From assembly GCA_000708835.1 (NCBI GenBank), contig DF237109.1, forward strand, positions 62,001 to 126,000: a stretch of DNA of 64,000 nucleotides, written 5' to 3'. Positions 52,901 to 64,000 of the stretch are shown here, in pieces. How positions within the stretch are numbered: position 1 is the first letter of the stretch; every line of letters begins with the position of its first letter. This stretch comes from Klebsormidium nitens. Taxonomy: Eukaryota; Plantae; Klebsormidiophyceae. A model generated the notes under the pieces. That model did not search any database. It worked only from the letters and a program-made list of their open reading frames with translations, and was not told the origin of the DNA. A program made the position numbers and the translations under genes.

Positions 52901-55900
52901 AGGCCCTCCTGGAAGAGCAGCTCCACAATCTCCTTGATGATGGGCAGCAGCCCCGAGTGGTGGATCGCCACGCCCTTCTTGAGCATGCCCAGCGCGCCAG
53001 CCACCGCGTCGATCGCGCGGTCCTCCTCGCTCAAGCACTGCGGAGTCGGGCGCGGAGTCGAGTTATTTCTTGCGTTTCCTTTTCCGATTGTCAAAGGTTT
53101 CTCGAAAGGTCGACTTTCAAGGGAGAAAGTACTCCGCGAGCAGATTGGAAAAAGAGGGAACGGAGGATGGGTGTGAACTTGGAGTGGATTGCTTCTCAAC
53201 TGTCGTTCGGAAATGGCAATACAGACAAGATACAACAGATACCCCTTTTGCAAGGGTTTTCGTTGAAAAGAACATGCTTCTTACCTGTCAGCTTGGGAAC
53301 GGACTCGCAAAACCTGAGTTGTACCCGATGTTCCTTTGAAGCCTTTGGAAAGCAGCCTCGTGTTCAAGAAGATTATGAGCTTAGTGCATCGAACAATTGG
53401 ACCAACCCAGCTGTCTCGGCGCGAGGGAACCGAGACGGACTCTATTCACCAACGCTCTTCCACCCTCACTTGCAGCAGCCAATGTCGACAACACCTCTCA
53501 AAACGCATGCAGACACACCTGGATGGCGCTGTTGAAGACCTGTTCGATGTTCTCCGCCTCTTCGGCGGTGCTGAAGTCCAGCTTGTGGGCCACGTCAGCC
53601 GCCAATAACTCCAGCTCACGCCGCGCAAAGCTGAAAACGATGACTGGGTGTAGCCGCCGCTCCTTGATCATCTGCACGAGACGGACGTCAGCGACAATCG
53701 GTACGGGGCTGCGAGGCTAAACTTCGAGGGCTATATCCACGAAAACGACGGTCTCCAAACTTGCTGTTTGAAAACGAAAGAAGACTTTTAAATTGTCAAT
53801 GAAAGGGCAGCGAGCCGTGATTTGTATGTATGCCAAGATTCACAATCGAGTACGAAGCGAACCAGAGTGTTCCGTGGTCCCTCCACTATCGACGGGGACG
53901 CCTGTTCTGAAAGGAGCGAACTGCAGAACATCACAGAACAAGGACACTTCGTCTGATAGAAGGGCTGAGAAGGGACACCGACAATCATAATGAGAACAAA
54001 CCTGTTGTCGAGCTTGAAAACGTCAAGGGGCAGGCCGACAAGCCCGCACAGCGTTGCAAGCGCTCCGCACCTTGATGATCTTGATGATATCTTTGTTCTC
54101 CGTTTTCTCGGGGGCCCCTTTCCGCTTGGGCGGCGGCCGGTCCGTGATCTTGCCCCCGTTGGCCAGCTTGCTGCCCAGCTCGCCGTCCTTGTCTTTTCCA
54201 AAGGTCGCCAAGAGCTTCGTAAAGTTCTCGTCCCGAAAGTTGCCCTGGCAGCAACGACGTGGAGGCGTGATGACAAACCTTCGTGGCAATCACACGATGA
54301 CTTGAAGGGTTGGGAAATTGACTAGATTTTGCCTTGATTCAGTCTATCATTTTCAGACTGTCAAAACCTGTAGAAACACTGAAGACCGATTGAAATATCC
54401 CATGGTCTTTTGTGGGGAGTGAGGACAAGATCTTCTACGATTTCGAAGCATGTCGAGAATGGTGACGTTAAACCAGACTTTAAACTTGCAAGAAAACGAA
54501 TGCAGGCTTGGCAAATTCCATGTCTAATGTCTAAGCTAATATCCGCCTTCTAATTAACGCGATAGTAAGATCACAGTGCCGTAGGTTTCCCAGATACCCG
54601 CCGCACCTTCTCATCCACGACGAGGTACAGCCCCGCCCCCCCAACCGGGAATGCGTAGTGCTGCAGCGGGACGGGCCGCCTGTCGGTGTAGACCACGTGG
54701 CAGGGCTTGTTGTGCACCGCGCAGATCCACTCGGCAAACTCGGTGGTGTTGGACATGGTGGCAGACAAGAAGACCATTTTGACGGCCGGCGGGAGGAAGA
54801 TGATGCTCTCCTCCCAAACCACGCCGCGCTCGCGGTCCTTCATGTAGTGGATCTCGTCGAAGATGACCCTGGAAGATTGGGGAGGTAAGGTTCGTATTTG
54901 CCCGAAAAGAAAGTGGTGGGCGCAACAGGCCAACAAAGGGACAGACGGACTATGGGAGTGAACGAGCTGCAGGTGAGCTCGTCCTTTCCAACTTGGCGGA
55001 CATGGAGATAGAAGACATAGAGTGTTACTCAATAGTGGCGCTGGGAAAAGCTATTGCATGTATGCTGTTGATCAATGGATGCGAGGCCCACTGAGAACAC
55101 TGCTGGCAAAAGTTTTGAGAAACCTGAAATCAAGTAAGTCAATGAGACGAAAAAGCACAGGCATGGCGCTGGCTCTTGTGGTGGGAATCGTGGCGATGTG
55201 CCAATTAGAAGGGGGTTCACCAAACAATCGAACTAGAGAGAAGATCAAGTGGGCACAAGTTCTATGTTGTCTTCCATTGAAGTGCCTGGTTTTGACATCG
55301 TAGAGCAGCATTTAATCAAGTGTTTTTATGCTATCATGCCTGGCAAATCAGTCTATGTCCCAATTGACCCTTTTACCCTCAACACAGTACCACCTACTGA
55401 TCCACCACCCTTCCATCAGCCTTGGCGCCCCCTTGTTCTCAAACATGACACTCCTCCTACAAAGAGGAGGCCTCCTCACCATGCCACTTCGCGCATGACC
55501 TCCGACCCCCGGTACAACATGCTCCGCATGATCTCGGTGGTCATCACGATGCACCCAGCATTGGGGGAGATTGTCACGTCCCCCGTCATCAGCCCCACGT
55601 CCCCGAACTCCGTCTCCAATTCCCTGTACTTCTGGTTGCTCAGCGCTTTGATCGGCGAGGTATATATCACTCTTTGCTTGTCCCGGAACGCCATCGCTAT
55701 GGCATACTCCGCCACCGCCGTTTTACCCGCTGACGTGTGTGCTGACACGAGCACCGACTCCCGCCGCTCGAGGCACGAGATGGACATCTGCTGAAATGCG
55801 TCTAGTTTGAAAGGGAACTCTTTGGCCATGGGCCCACTATACTGAGGGTGATGAATGTCGCCTAACCCCGCTTCTCTTTCACCGTCAGGGGGCTGGTAAT

Positions 55901-56045
55901 CCGAGGGCAAAGCCACTTCGTGTGTGCACGGGGGGGCTATCAACGGAACACTTCCGACAGCTTGCACTTTAGCGGGGGGCCCGGGGGCCTTTGCCTGATC
56001 AGCCACTCCATCCGCCTGCTTCCTCTTTGCTGCTAGACCCTCCAT
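46964..56045 (-). CDS. HEN2: Ski2-like DExH RNA helicase, exosome cofactor of the MTR4 family, HEN2-type
   Basis: [108 protein letters not shown] arch [30 protein letters not shown], ending [31 protein letters not shown] and the N-terminal [19 protein letters not shown] resemble recalled Arabidopsis HEN2 more than MTR4. Confidence 0.9.
48717..49125 (-). repeat. Four tandem copies (117-131 nt period) of a 3' splice site plus the first ~30 nt of a HEN2 exon
   Basis: cgcttccag|ctgcacctcttccgcgacgagctgcg (functional, 48746); cacccccag|ctgcaattgttccacgacgagctgcg (48863); accttccag|ctgcacctgttccgcgacgagctgcg (48982); tccccgg|ctgcacctgttccgcgacgac (49113, AG lost). Confidence 0.9.
49425..49485. repeat. 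Short head-to-head telomere-like (TTTTAGGG) inverted repeat in a HEN2 intron
   Basis: ttttaggg tttcaggg tttcggg ttaggtt taaag aacctaa ggc ccctaaaa ccctaaaa. Confidence 0.7.
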
Positions 56046-56460
56046 GGCTGCAGCCTTTCAGGGAACCCCTTCCTCTCAATCGCCGTTGGCACAATTCTGA
56101 TGTTCTCTGAACTACTGCTGCCCTATAATACCGTAGAGTCTATAATAGAGTTCAACCTCCCAACTTCCAAGTTCAAGGGAGAAGAGGAAGAAGGCCATGC
56201 AATTTTCAATCGACTCCGCTAGTGACGGAACCCTAGAAGTAGCCAGCCTGGTAATGGTGTCTCGGGCGCGGGGTGGTTGAAGCAAACGGCAATTTTGACG
56301 TTACCAGTGCCGACAAGAAGGCTGCCACTGGTCACTGTTCATTGTGCCCCGCATTGCCATTGCCAACGCATGCAGCATTGCAGGCGTTCAGTCCCAGCGG
56401 GCATTGATGAGGAAGGAAGGGTAGCTTCTGAACAGCAACTTTGATATTTTTGTGAGAGGG
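56046..56460. promoter_or_regulatory. Likely bidirectional promoter between HEN2 and SPOUT1 (415 nt between start codons), with a telo-box-like AACCCTAG
   Basis: Divergent ATGs at 56045 (-) and 56461 (+); aaccctag at 56229-56236. No TSS data. Confidence 0.45.
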
Positions 56461-59400
56461 ATGGCATCTGAGGATGAGAGGAATGGTGGTGCAGTGGGCC
56501 CAGAACCACCACAGAAGTCCAGCCACGGAAAGGCATCAGATTCAGCGTTGCGTAAGAAGAAAGGAAGTAGCCACCATGCGGAGCTAGAAAGCGGAAAGTT
56601 TGAAGAGAATAGCAGAAAGAAGTCTTCGGCAGGGAAGGTGAAGAAGAGGAAGCATGAAGCAAATGGGAAAGATACGACGGAAGCGGTGGGTGACCATGAA
56701 AAGAAACACAAAACGCCCGTAGAAGATAGTCAGAAGGTTAGGAAAAGTCCTGACACCAGCAGGGGGCCTCGACATCATGTAAGCGAAGGGGAGGCTAGTG
56801 GTGGCAAAGTTGCAAAGGATAAGAAGAAGAAAGAGGCGAAAAACCTGAAACAAAAAGCGGTCAAGAATGCAGCAGAGGTTGCCACCAAGCCGGATACTCA
56901 GAGCACGGGTCATCAAGGAAGGGACTGGACGGTGTCGATCGCAGTCGCTGGGTCTATCGTGGACAACGCGCAGTCGCTTGAGTTAGCCACCGCTGTGAGT
57001 GGTCAAACTAATGAATTGGCATCACCTCCATGAAGAACTTGTGAAGTTTCCAACTGCCGTTGCTGAGTGTGGGGGCTGAAGCTTGAAGCCCTTTCTCGTC
57101 ATTCCACTGATGACTGTCTTTTTCACACACCCATGTCTTTTCAGCTCCTGTTTCATCCCTTTGCAGCTGGCGGGCCAGATTGCTCGAGCTGCGGCCATCT
57201 TCTGCGTCGATGAGGTGGGGAAGCTGTAGTTTTCAAATCTTGTTGGTCGCAGGTTGTTGAGCAATTCAAACATTCCCCCCACTTGGAAGTCACTTACTTA
57301 TGATCAGCTGAGGGTCAGGCACATCAAAGTTAGAGATATGGGGGCTATCAGTTTTGCACTGCTTGCCCATACCTTCTGTTCTTATTCCAAAATGGAGAGC
57401 ATCCAGCAAGCGCAGGGTACATTATACCACCGCAGTCTGAAGTCAAGCTCATGGGATGTTTCCGAGACCTATGCCGGGCACCCACCTATCTATTCTAGTC
57501 AGCAGATCTGAGCACTGCCCTGTTTGTCAAGCATCAAACTGAAGTTTACATTGATCCAAAGGTTACCTACCAGTACAAGGTAGTTGGAAAGGGCTTCCGC
57601 TGAGCAATTTCCACTCCCACTCAACACTCTTCTTAAAAACGGCTTCTTCAGCTGCCCCGACAAACTGATTGATGGCCCCACTTTTCCGCTCCCCAGGTGG
57701 TTGTATTTGAAGACGGCGACGATGACCCTGGCCGTCGGGCTCCCCGGTGGCGCCGGGGCGAGGCGGGCGATAGTGGGGCAGTGTTTCTAGCCAGGCTGCT
57801 GCAGTACTGCGAAACTCCGCAATACCTGCGACGGCACCTTATTCCCATGCACCCAGACCTGCGGACAGCAGTAAGTGGCGCGCTTCTTGAGTCGTGCCCA
57901 GAGTCCCGTGCTCATTGTAACTCGTAGTAATTCTTATCCAAGTCCTGGTCGGTTTCAGATTCACTCACATGCGGCTCTCTAGCTCTTCAGTAGACCGTAC
58001 TTCACACGGTCGAACATCGATCTGTGGTCGATGTGTCCTGAAAAGCTGGGATGTTATGGTAGACTGATCCTTTTCTTCCGCCAAGTTGATCTGCATAGTG
58101 CTGCTTGCGAGACAAGTATTCACACTGCTGCCTAAGCCTTGTACAAGCAAGAACTTCCTAGCCCGATTCCTGGCATCCTACCGAGATGAAATGTGGTTCG
58201 ATGGTTGGCAGATGAAAAGGCTCCTCTGCACATCTACGCTCGTAGCTGCCAACACTAGAGTTTCCTCTTCAAACGCCGCATCGTTGCTCGTCCCGTTCAG
58301 GGTTTGCTGGCCCCTCTGGACGCTCCGCACCACGCGCGGGCTCACGAATGGATCCCCTATCGTGAAGGTGAGTCAGCTCCACCTGCGGCCGCCCGTTACG
58401 ATTTTCGCCTCAGCTTATGCTTGTGTTAGCATTCCATCAAGAGCCGAACTTGTTCGAGGCAATGCGTTGTTCAAAGAAGGAAACAAGAGTGCGTTGGATA
58501 CCTCCTCCGGCAAGGTAAAGTCTGCATTTGTATTGGGTTCGTGTCTCGTTAAAAGACGACAGATGATTGTTGAGACCTGAGGCGTCTGGGTCAGGAAGTG
58601 GCACTGGTAAACTTGCCTCGACTTCCAGGATCATAACAGCGATGGTTACAGCGAGAAGTAAACCGGTGAGAATCAGAGCAAGTAAAGCATGGAGAGCGCC
58701 CCGCACGGGGAGGAACTTTGGGCCCTGAACAGCACTGCGCCTGGTTATCTCACCGGAGCGCGTCCCTGTTGTGTTGCAGGGGTGGTGGTCGTGAAACCGA
58801 GCGCCGGAGGCAAAGCCAGCGGGGGCAGCGGCGCCCTCGTCAACGTGGGGCTGCAAAAAGTGCGCTCTCTTGCCGAAATTTGTATTTCTGGGCCGTAGTT
58901 CGACCTTAAGTCAAACCACTCATACGCTGGGTAAAGAGCTTTGATCCCCGCTGCCGCTCGCGAGGAGGATGTGTCGGTCGTCCTTGCGGCCGTTTGGTTT
59001 GCTTAAGTTCCTCTCGAGTTCCACGGCAAAATAGCACGCTCACGTCACGCCTTGTTGCAGGAGGTTCGCATCGCGCAGTCCCTTGAGGCGGGCCTGCGGG
59101 TCACAATGGCTATGGGCGACTCGCGAGAAGCGCTGGACGCGGGTGAGAGGACACCGGACGTTCGCAACTTGCGTCTTCTGCGCAACTGCAACGTCAATTC
59201 TCTCTCGAGATGTCAGCGTGTATTGTTGAGAAGCACGTCAAGGGTGCTCAAGCGAAGCGTGGTCGGTCAACGTGGATAACTGATGACGTCAGGGCTTCGA
59301 GACGAGACGCTCGAAGTCCAATTCACTGCCCATCACAACCAAAGGTCCTTCATTGATTCGCTAATTCGCGCTCGCCAGCTTCCTCGCAACCCCGGCTCAG

Positions 59401-61098
59401 CATCATCAATCAAACCTTTTGGGTTCAAGAGCTTTTCCGTTCAGAAGCGATTCCGTTTTTACAGCTTCTACTTCTTCTTTTTAACTGGTTTGCTTTGCGC
59501 CCCACAGGGCGGCCGCTGAGTGCCGTGTCTCCGTCGGAGCCCCGCGAGCGGCTGGGGCTGTACTGGGGCTACACCGTCCGCCTCGCCAAAGGCCTCAGCG
59601 GCGTGCTCGCAGAATGCCCCTACGCGGTGAGCCTCATTGTTCCGCTGTTCGTCGTCGCTAGACGCTGGAGACGTGCAGTTGGCTCGTCTGCTTCCTAACC
59701 CTTTGAAGCTTGGGGAAGTCAAACGCAAACGGTGCTTGTGTTGCTGTCAGTCTCCTATGGTTAGTTTTTAGAAGGTTCCACATTTACCAGATTTCCGCGT
59801 TTGAAGATTCTGGAGAGCTTCGCAACATACGATATTGTTTCGTCTCATCCTCGCTGTATCTCTCACTATAGGCAGGCTACGACTACACGCTGGGGACGTC
59901 CGAGCACGGAGAAAAGCTCCAGAGCACGGAATTGACACTGCCCGCCTTCAAGTGAGCTCGCGCGCCTTGATTTAACTGTGCGGTGTCAAACAGGGGGCGC
60001 TGCTGACAATCTTCGTTTGTGTGCGGACGCTTTCGATTCCCAACAAACTCAAAGCACGTTTTTCATTCTCTCGCCACAAAAATGAAGCTGTGTCTAAAAC
60101 TGCGCTTGGTTTGGACGTGGAAGAAAATGGTCACAAGAAGCAAAAACTCGACCTGTTGACGTCATGTGACGCCGTCGTGACCGAGACACAAGCTCTTTGG
60201 TGCGCAGGCACTTGCTGATTGTGTTCGGGGGTTTGGCCGGGCTCGAGGAGAGCACCGAACTGGATGGCGATATCGAAGTAAGGCGTTTTTTCCTTGCAAG
60301 TTTCCCAGCCAAGTGATGTCTCGGACGAAGTGCAATTTGTCCGCGATGGCTGCCAAATGGGCCTCACTCTGGCTTACGGTTTTTTTCGGATGGCGTACGT
60401 GCCCTCGTAGCAAGATCGAGCCGTTCCCGTTGATGCAACTTGGTGTTAAAGCTTGGTAGGCTTCACGTACGTTGTTTGCGAAGTGGTCTCAGTCGCGTCA
60501 CACAGAGGCCCATCAGATGAGGCGGCTCTTCACGTGGGGAAGAGCCGTGACTCGCTTTTATCCAGACTACTTTGCGGTGCGGTGTGAAATTCCGAACAGC
60601 TGTGCCAGGGCAGCCAGTTCTACCGCCCATATTGCAGCCGGGTTGATCTCCAGCGCCGCGTGCAGGTGAAGGACACGGCGGCGCTGTTCGACAGGTACCT
60701 CAACACGTGCTCCGGCCAGGGCAGCCGCACCATCCGCACAGAGGTGAGTATGCGCGGCACCGCAAGGCATGTGTTGCATATGTATATGGGCTCGTGCCAA
60801 AAAGCATAAATTCCCTGCCGGGGAGCTATTTCCAAGCTGTGTGTTGGACTATCTGACCCATCGCATCGTCTCGGCAACCAGCATTGAGCATTCTTTTGGT
60901 GCTGAAAGACTCTGTACATTTCACCACTGAGATAGAGTGCAAAGCTGCACACTGGGTGAGCAGTCTTTCCGGTTTTCCCGGAGGTCCCTTTCCTGGTTGA
61001 GCAGCCGTCACTGACCCCCGCTCGTCCTCTAACAGGAGGCGCTGCTGATTAGCCTGACGTTTCTTCACGAGCCCATCCAAAGAGCGGTTGGCAAATAG
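56461..61098 (+). CDS. SPOUT1: SPOUT1/C9orf114 (CENP-32)-family SPOUT methyltransferase with a Lys-rich N-terminal extension; about 11 exons
   Basis: WTVSIAVAGSIVDNAQSLELATA|LAGQIARAAAIFCVDE|VVVFED, FLARLLQYCETPQYLRRHL, GLLAPLDAPHH..EWIPYREG, ALVNVGL, GLRVT, GLYWGYTVR, CPYA..GYDYTLGTSEHG, HLLIVFGGLAGLE, FDRYLNTCSGQGSRTIRTE|EALLISL; TAG at 61096-61098. Confidence 0.93.
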
Positions 61099-62048
61099 TA
61101 AGAACCCCACAGGACGAGATCTGCAAAGAGCTCAGGCGGCGCGCCGCCTGCTTGTTGACCGGGAAGCATAGCTGTAGGGTCGGTTAACCGGGAACATGAG
61201 GGCAGCTGTCAAGGTACCCCGGAAAAATACCATCCTTAACTTGTTAGTGTCAGCGCAAAGAAGGGCGCTCGAGGACGCCATGCGTCAACTGCGGACAACG
61301 CATGCAGGCTCTCAATCACAATGCTAATTTGATGCTACAATCAACGCCACTGACTGACTAAACGTGAACATGCATATTGTCGCGAATTAGTATTTCGATG
61401 GAGTTTTGTTGAAGGCCGGTGCGGTACCCCGGCATGACGTGACCGCTGCGGTGCACCCGGCCGGGTTCAACGATCCAACCAATCATGTGCAATGCAATTA
61501 TTATATAATGTGGACCAAACATGCCCGCCATGCACTTTCATACTGCGTACTGCCGCGTGTGTCTTCGCGCAAATTTGAGCCTTGGATGACGGTTGCAGTG
61601 TTTGTAAGTGAAGTTTGCAATGGTACGTCTTTTATAAATCTATCTCATGCCGCTACAGGACGGTGCTCTCCAACGTTTTGCAATCATGTGGACTCTGAGT
61701 AGATATCTTACACAAATTTTCTGATAACGTGTAATCGAATCTGCTATCACTTACTTGTCACTTCAGTGAGTTTTCAAAGCAATACTGAATCTGCTTCGAT
61801 TCCTGATCAGATATGTCGAAACTCAAATCAAAGGAGACTACAGTAAAGGATACTACTAATAATGGATTCACTGCGGCGCTGCAGCAACGAACTTAGTGTC
61901 ATGGTCAAGTGACCATAGGTACTAGCCCGGCTGCTTCCAAGCTAGTACGGGACACGTCGAATACGTTGACAACTGCCCATATACTAGTGAGTTCAAGCAT
62001 ATGTACACCACAGTCTTCATCCCAAGTCAAGCAGCTGCGCCTTCATCC

Positions 62049-64000
62049 TCAGCTCGCCGGTTGCCGCCGGCCCAGGGACAAGGTCCGCTTCCACGGCTCT
62101 TGCACTTGTCTGACCGTCCACTTCACCTTGTGGGGCAGCGTCTGCGAGCGGTAGCGCTCCTTCCGGTCCTCCAGCGACTCGTGCGGCTTCTCCACAATGT
62201 CCAGGTACTGGGCCTCACGCCAGAAAAAGTAAAAGGCAACAGCTGCGCCGGGGCCCACCACAAGGGTCGCCGCCGCAAAGAGCGCGGCAGCCTGGAGGCC
62301 CTCTTGAACGAGGGGGATCATGAGAAAGCCTGTACGGAATCGCATTGCGTCAACATCCATCGCCTTCATGACACCTCACCACCGCGAACAATTTTCTTGT
62401 CGTGTCCGCCATCGCTTTTGGACAGGAAGAACGGGTAGGCGTGTTGTTCGAACCACTCGAGAGACTTTGATCGAGCAGGTTCCGATCGTCACACCAGCAC
62501 TCCTCACCCAGATTTCTACTCGAATCTCAAATGCAAATGTACACTGATCAGCCAGCTTAGACAGTTGCTCGGCACACAGATTCCGACAAGACTTGCCGCG
62601 CCCACCTGCCCAGAGCACGATCTCGTCGACCCAGATGAAGAGGATGGTGTGCAGGTGCCCCTCGTAGTGCATCAGCACGTTATACAGGCTGCTCACGATC
62701 GTCGGGTCCTTGATCACCGCAATGATTGCATACATGTGCCAAGCGATGCACCCGCCCGCAATGATGAGCAGCGAGTTCATCGCCGCGCGGTGGCCCTTGA
62801 TCTGCTCCCTGTCAATGGCAGCAGCAACGGTCGTGTGCTTGTGCATCTTTGGCGGCCCGCGGCCGAAGGGGCTCCAGATGAGCTGCCACAGGAGGGGCGT
62901 GGTGAAAAAGAGCGCGGTGTTCCAGATAAACTTGGCCTTGTCGTGGCTCAGCACCATGCCCGCCAGGAACGGGATGAAGCCCACTATGACCACCACGCAC
63001 GCAGCCACAATGCGCGCCTGGTGGACGCGCTTCGGCCGCACGTCGTGGTCGAACTTGAGGGCGGTTGACGCGACCTGCAGGAAGGAAAGCTGGCTCGAGC
63101 GCGGACCAATGGCCGGGGGGGTGCACAGGTCCCGACTGAGCCCTCTTAGTAGAGAAATTCCGCAGGCGGAGGCTCTGGAAGCGAGGGCTCTGAAGAATGA
63201 CAGCTCATCTAGATGCAAGAAAAAGGTTTCAGCACTACGGTGGATCCAATTAGCGGCCGCCTCGGACATTCACAGCCGTCGATAGAACCATCCAGCACTT
63301 CCAAGGGCGGGTCTGGTTGCGACCATTCTTGGCCCGCTTGCGGTGCGCACCTTGTTGAAGCTGAGGTAGGCCACGATCCAGACGAGCGGCGTGATGACGT
63401 ATGACCCGATGACGAGCGCCACGACCACGACCAGCGTGTAAAAGTGCACGAAGAAGTTGGTGCGCGCGTCCACGCGGGACGACTCAATGGCGCCCGCCAT
63501 CTGCCAGCCCAAGTGGGTCGTGATCTGCAAGAGTGGCAGGCAGGGGCTTCATCAGATTGGACTGGTTTCATGTATACTGGGAATCGGCAGACAGATCCTG
63601 CCGTGATAGTAAGCCTACTCGATCAATGCAGGATACAGATTCCGCACCTCTTACCCTCAGCAAGCAGCAATCATGATACGATATCCAAACAGTATGACAA
63701 ATCCAACTATGGTGCTGTGCCAAAGATCGCACACAGTGCATGGCCCTTCACAATGACTACAAAGAGCCGCTACGAGCAGACGACAGCAGAGCTATACTAT
63801 GACAAAAGAAAGAGAGAGCAACAGGAGTCAACAACTCTTACAAAGTATCCCAGCGGAATGATGCCGTACGTCTCGCTGTTGGCCATGGTCTCAAAGAAGG
63901 GCACAACAAAGCCCAGGAAGGCGTCAAACCCCAAGATCCCAACGTAGTGCGGCTGTAAAAGAACAAGGTGCATGGTAAGCAAGCAAAAGGAGGTAGCGCA
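62049..64000 (-). CDS. Multi-pass membrane protein resembling the fungal AscI/PaxA/AtmA membrane terpene-cyclase family; 5' end lies beyond the window
   Basis: Exons 63952-63842, 63524-63351, 63074-62606, 62329-62049 give 344 aa in frame with many hydrophobic helices. Motifs: HYVGILGFDAFLGFVVPFF, AIESSR, GSYVITPL, VGFIPF, TPLLWQ, AWHMY, LFIWVD, VVGPGAAVAFYFFWRE. The CDS is well supported; the family call is from recalled motif order. Confidence 0.7.

Overview
Eukaryotic, intron-rich nuclear DNA from a plastid-bearing green-lineage organism. GC3-rich exons, a U12-type intron, a HEN2-type helicase and plastid TRXz/uL4c together suggest a streptophyte alga such as Klebsormidium; this is an inference. 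I reconstructed 11 spliced protein-coding genes by hand, and they alternate strand perfectly: Munc13-4/BAIAP3-like C2-MUN-GRAM-GRAM protein (-), thioredoxin z (+), HSBP1 (-), TlyA-type rRNA methyltransferase (+), DNAJC21/Jjj1 (-), RABA/Rab11 (+), CWC22 (-), plastid ribosomal protein L4 (+), HEN2/MTR4 helicase (-), SPOUT1-type methyltransferase (+), and a 5'-truncated multi-pass membrane protein resembling the fungal AscI/PaxA terpene-cyclase family (-). There is a 487-nt assembly gap inside a region with nested inverted repeats (about 25.8-27.6 kb). Most notable observations: the AscI/PaxA-like gene in an alga; the C2-MUN-2xGRAM architecture; three independent cases of tandemly duplicated 3' splice site plus exon start; an AT-AC minor intron in HSBP1; two GC-AG introns; and a head-to-head telomere-like repeat in an intron. 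Family assignments come from recalled motifs, not database searches.
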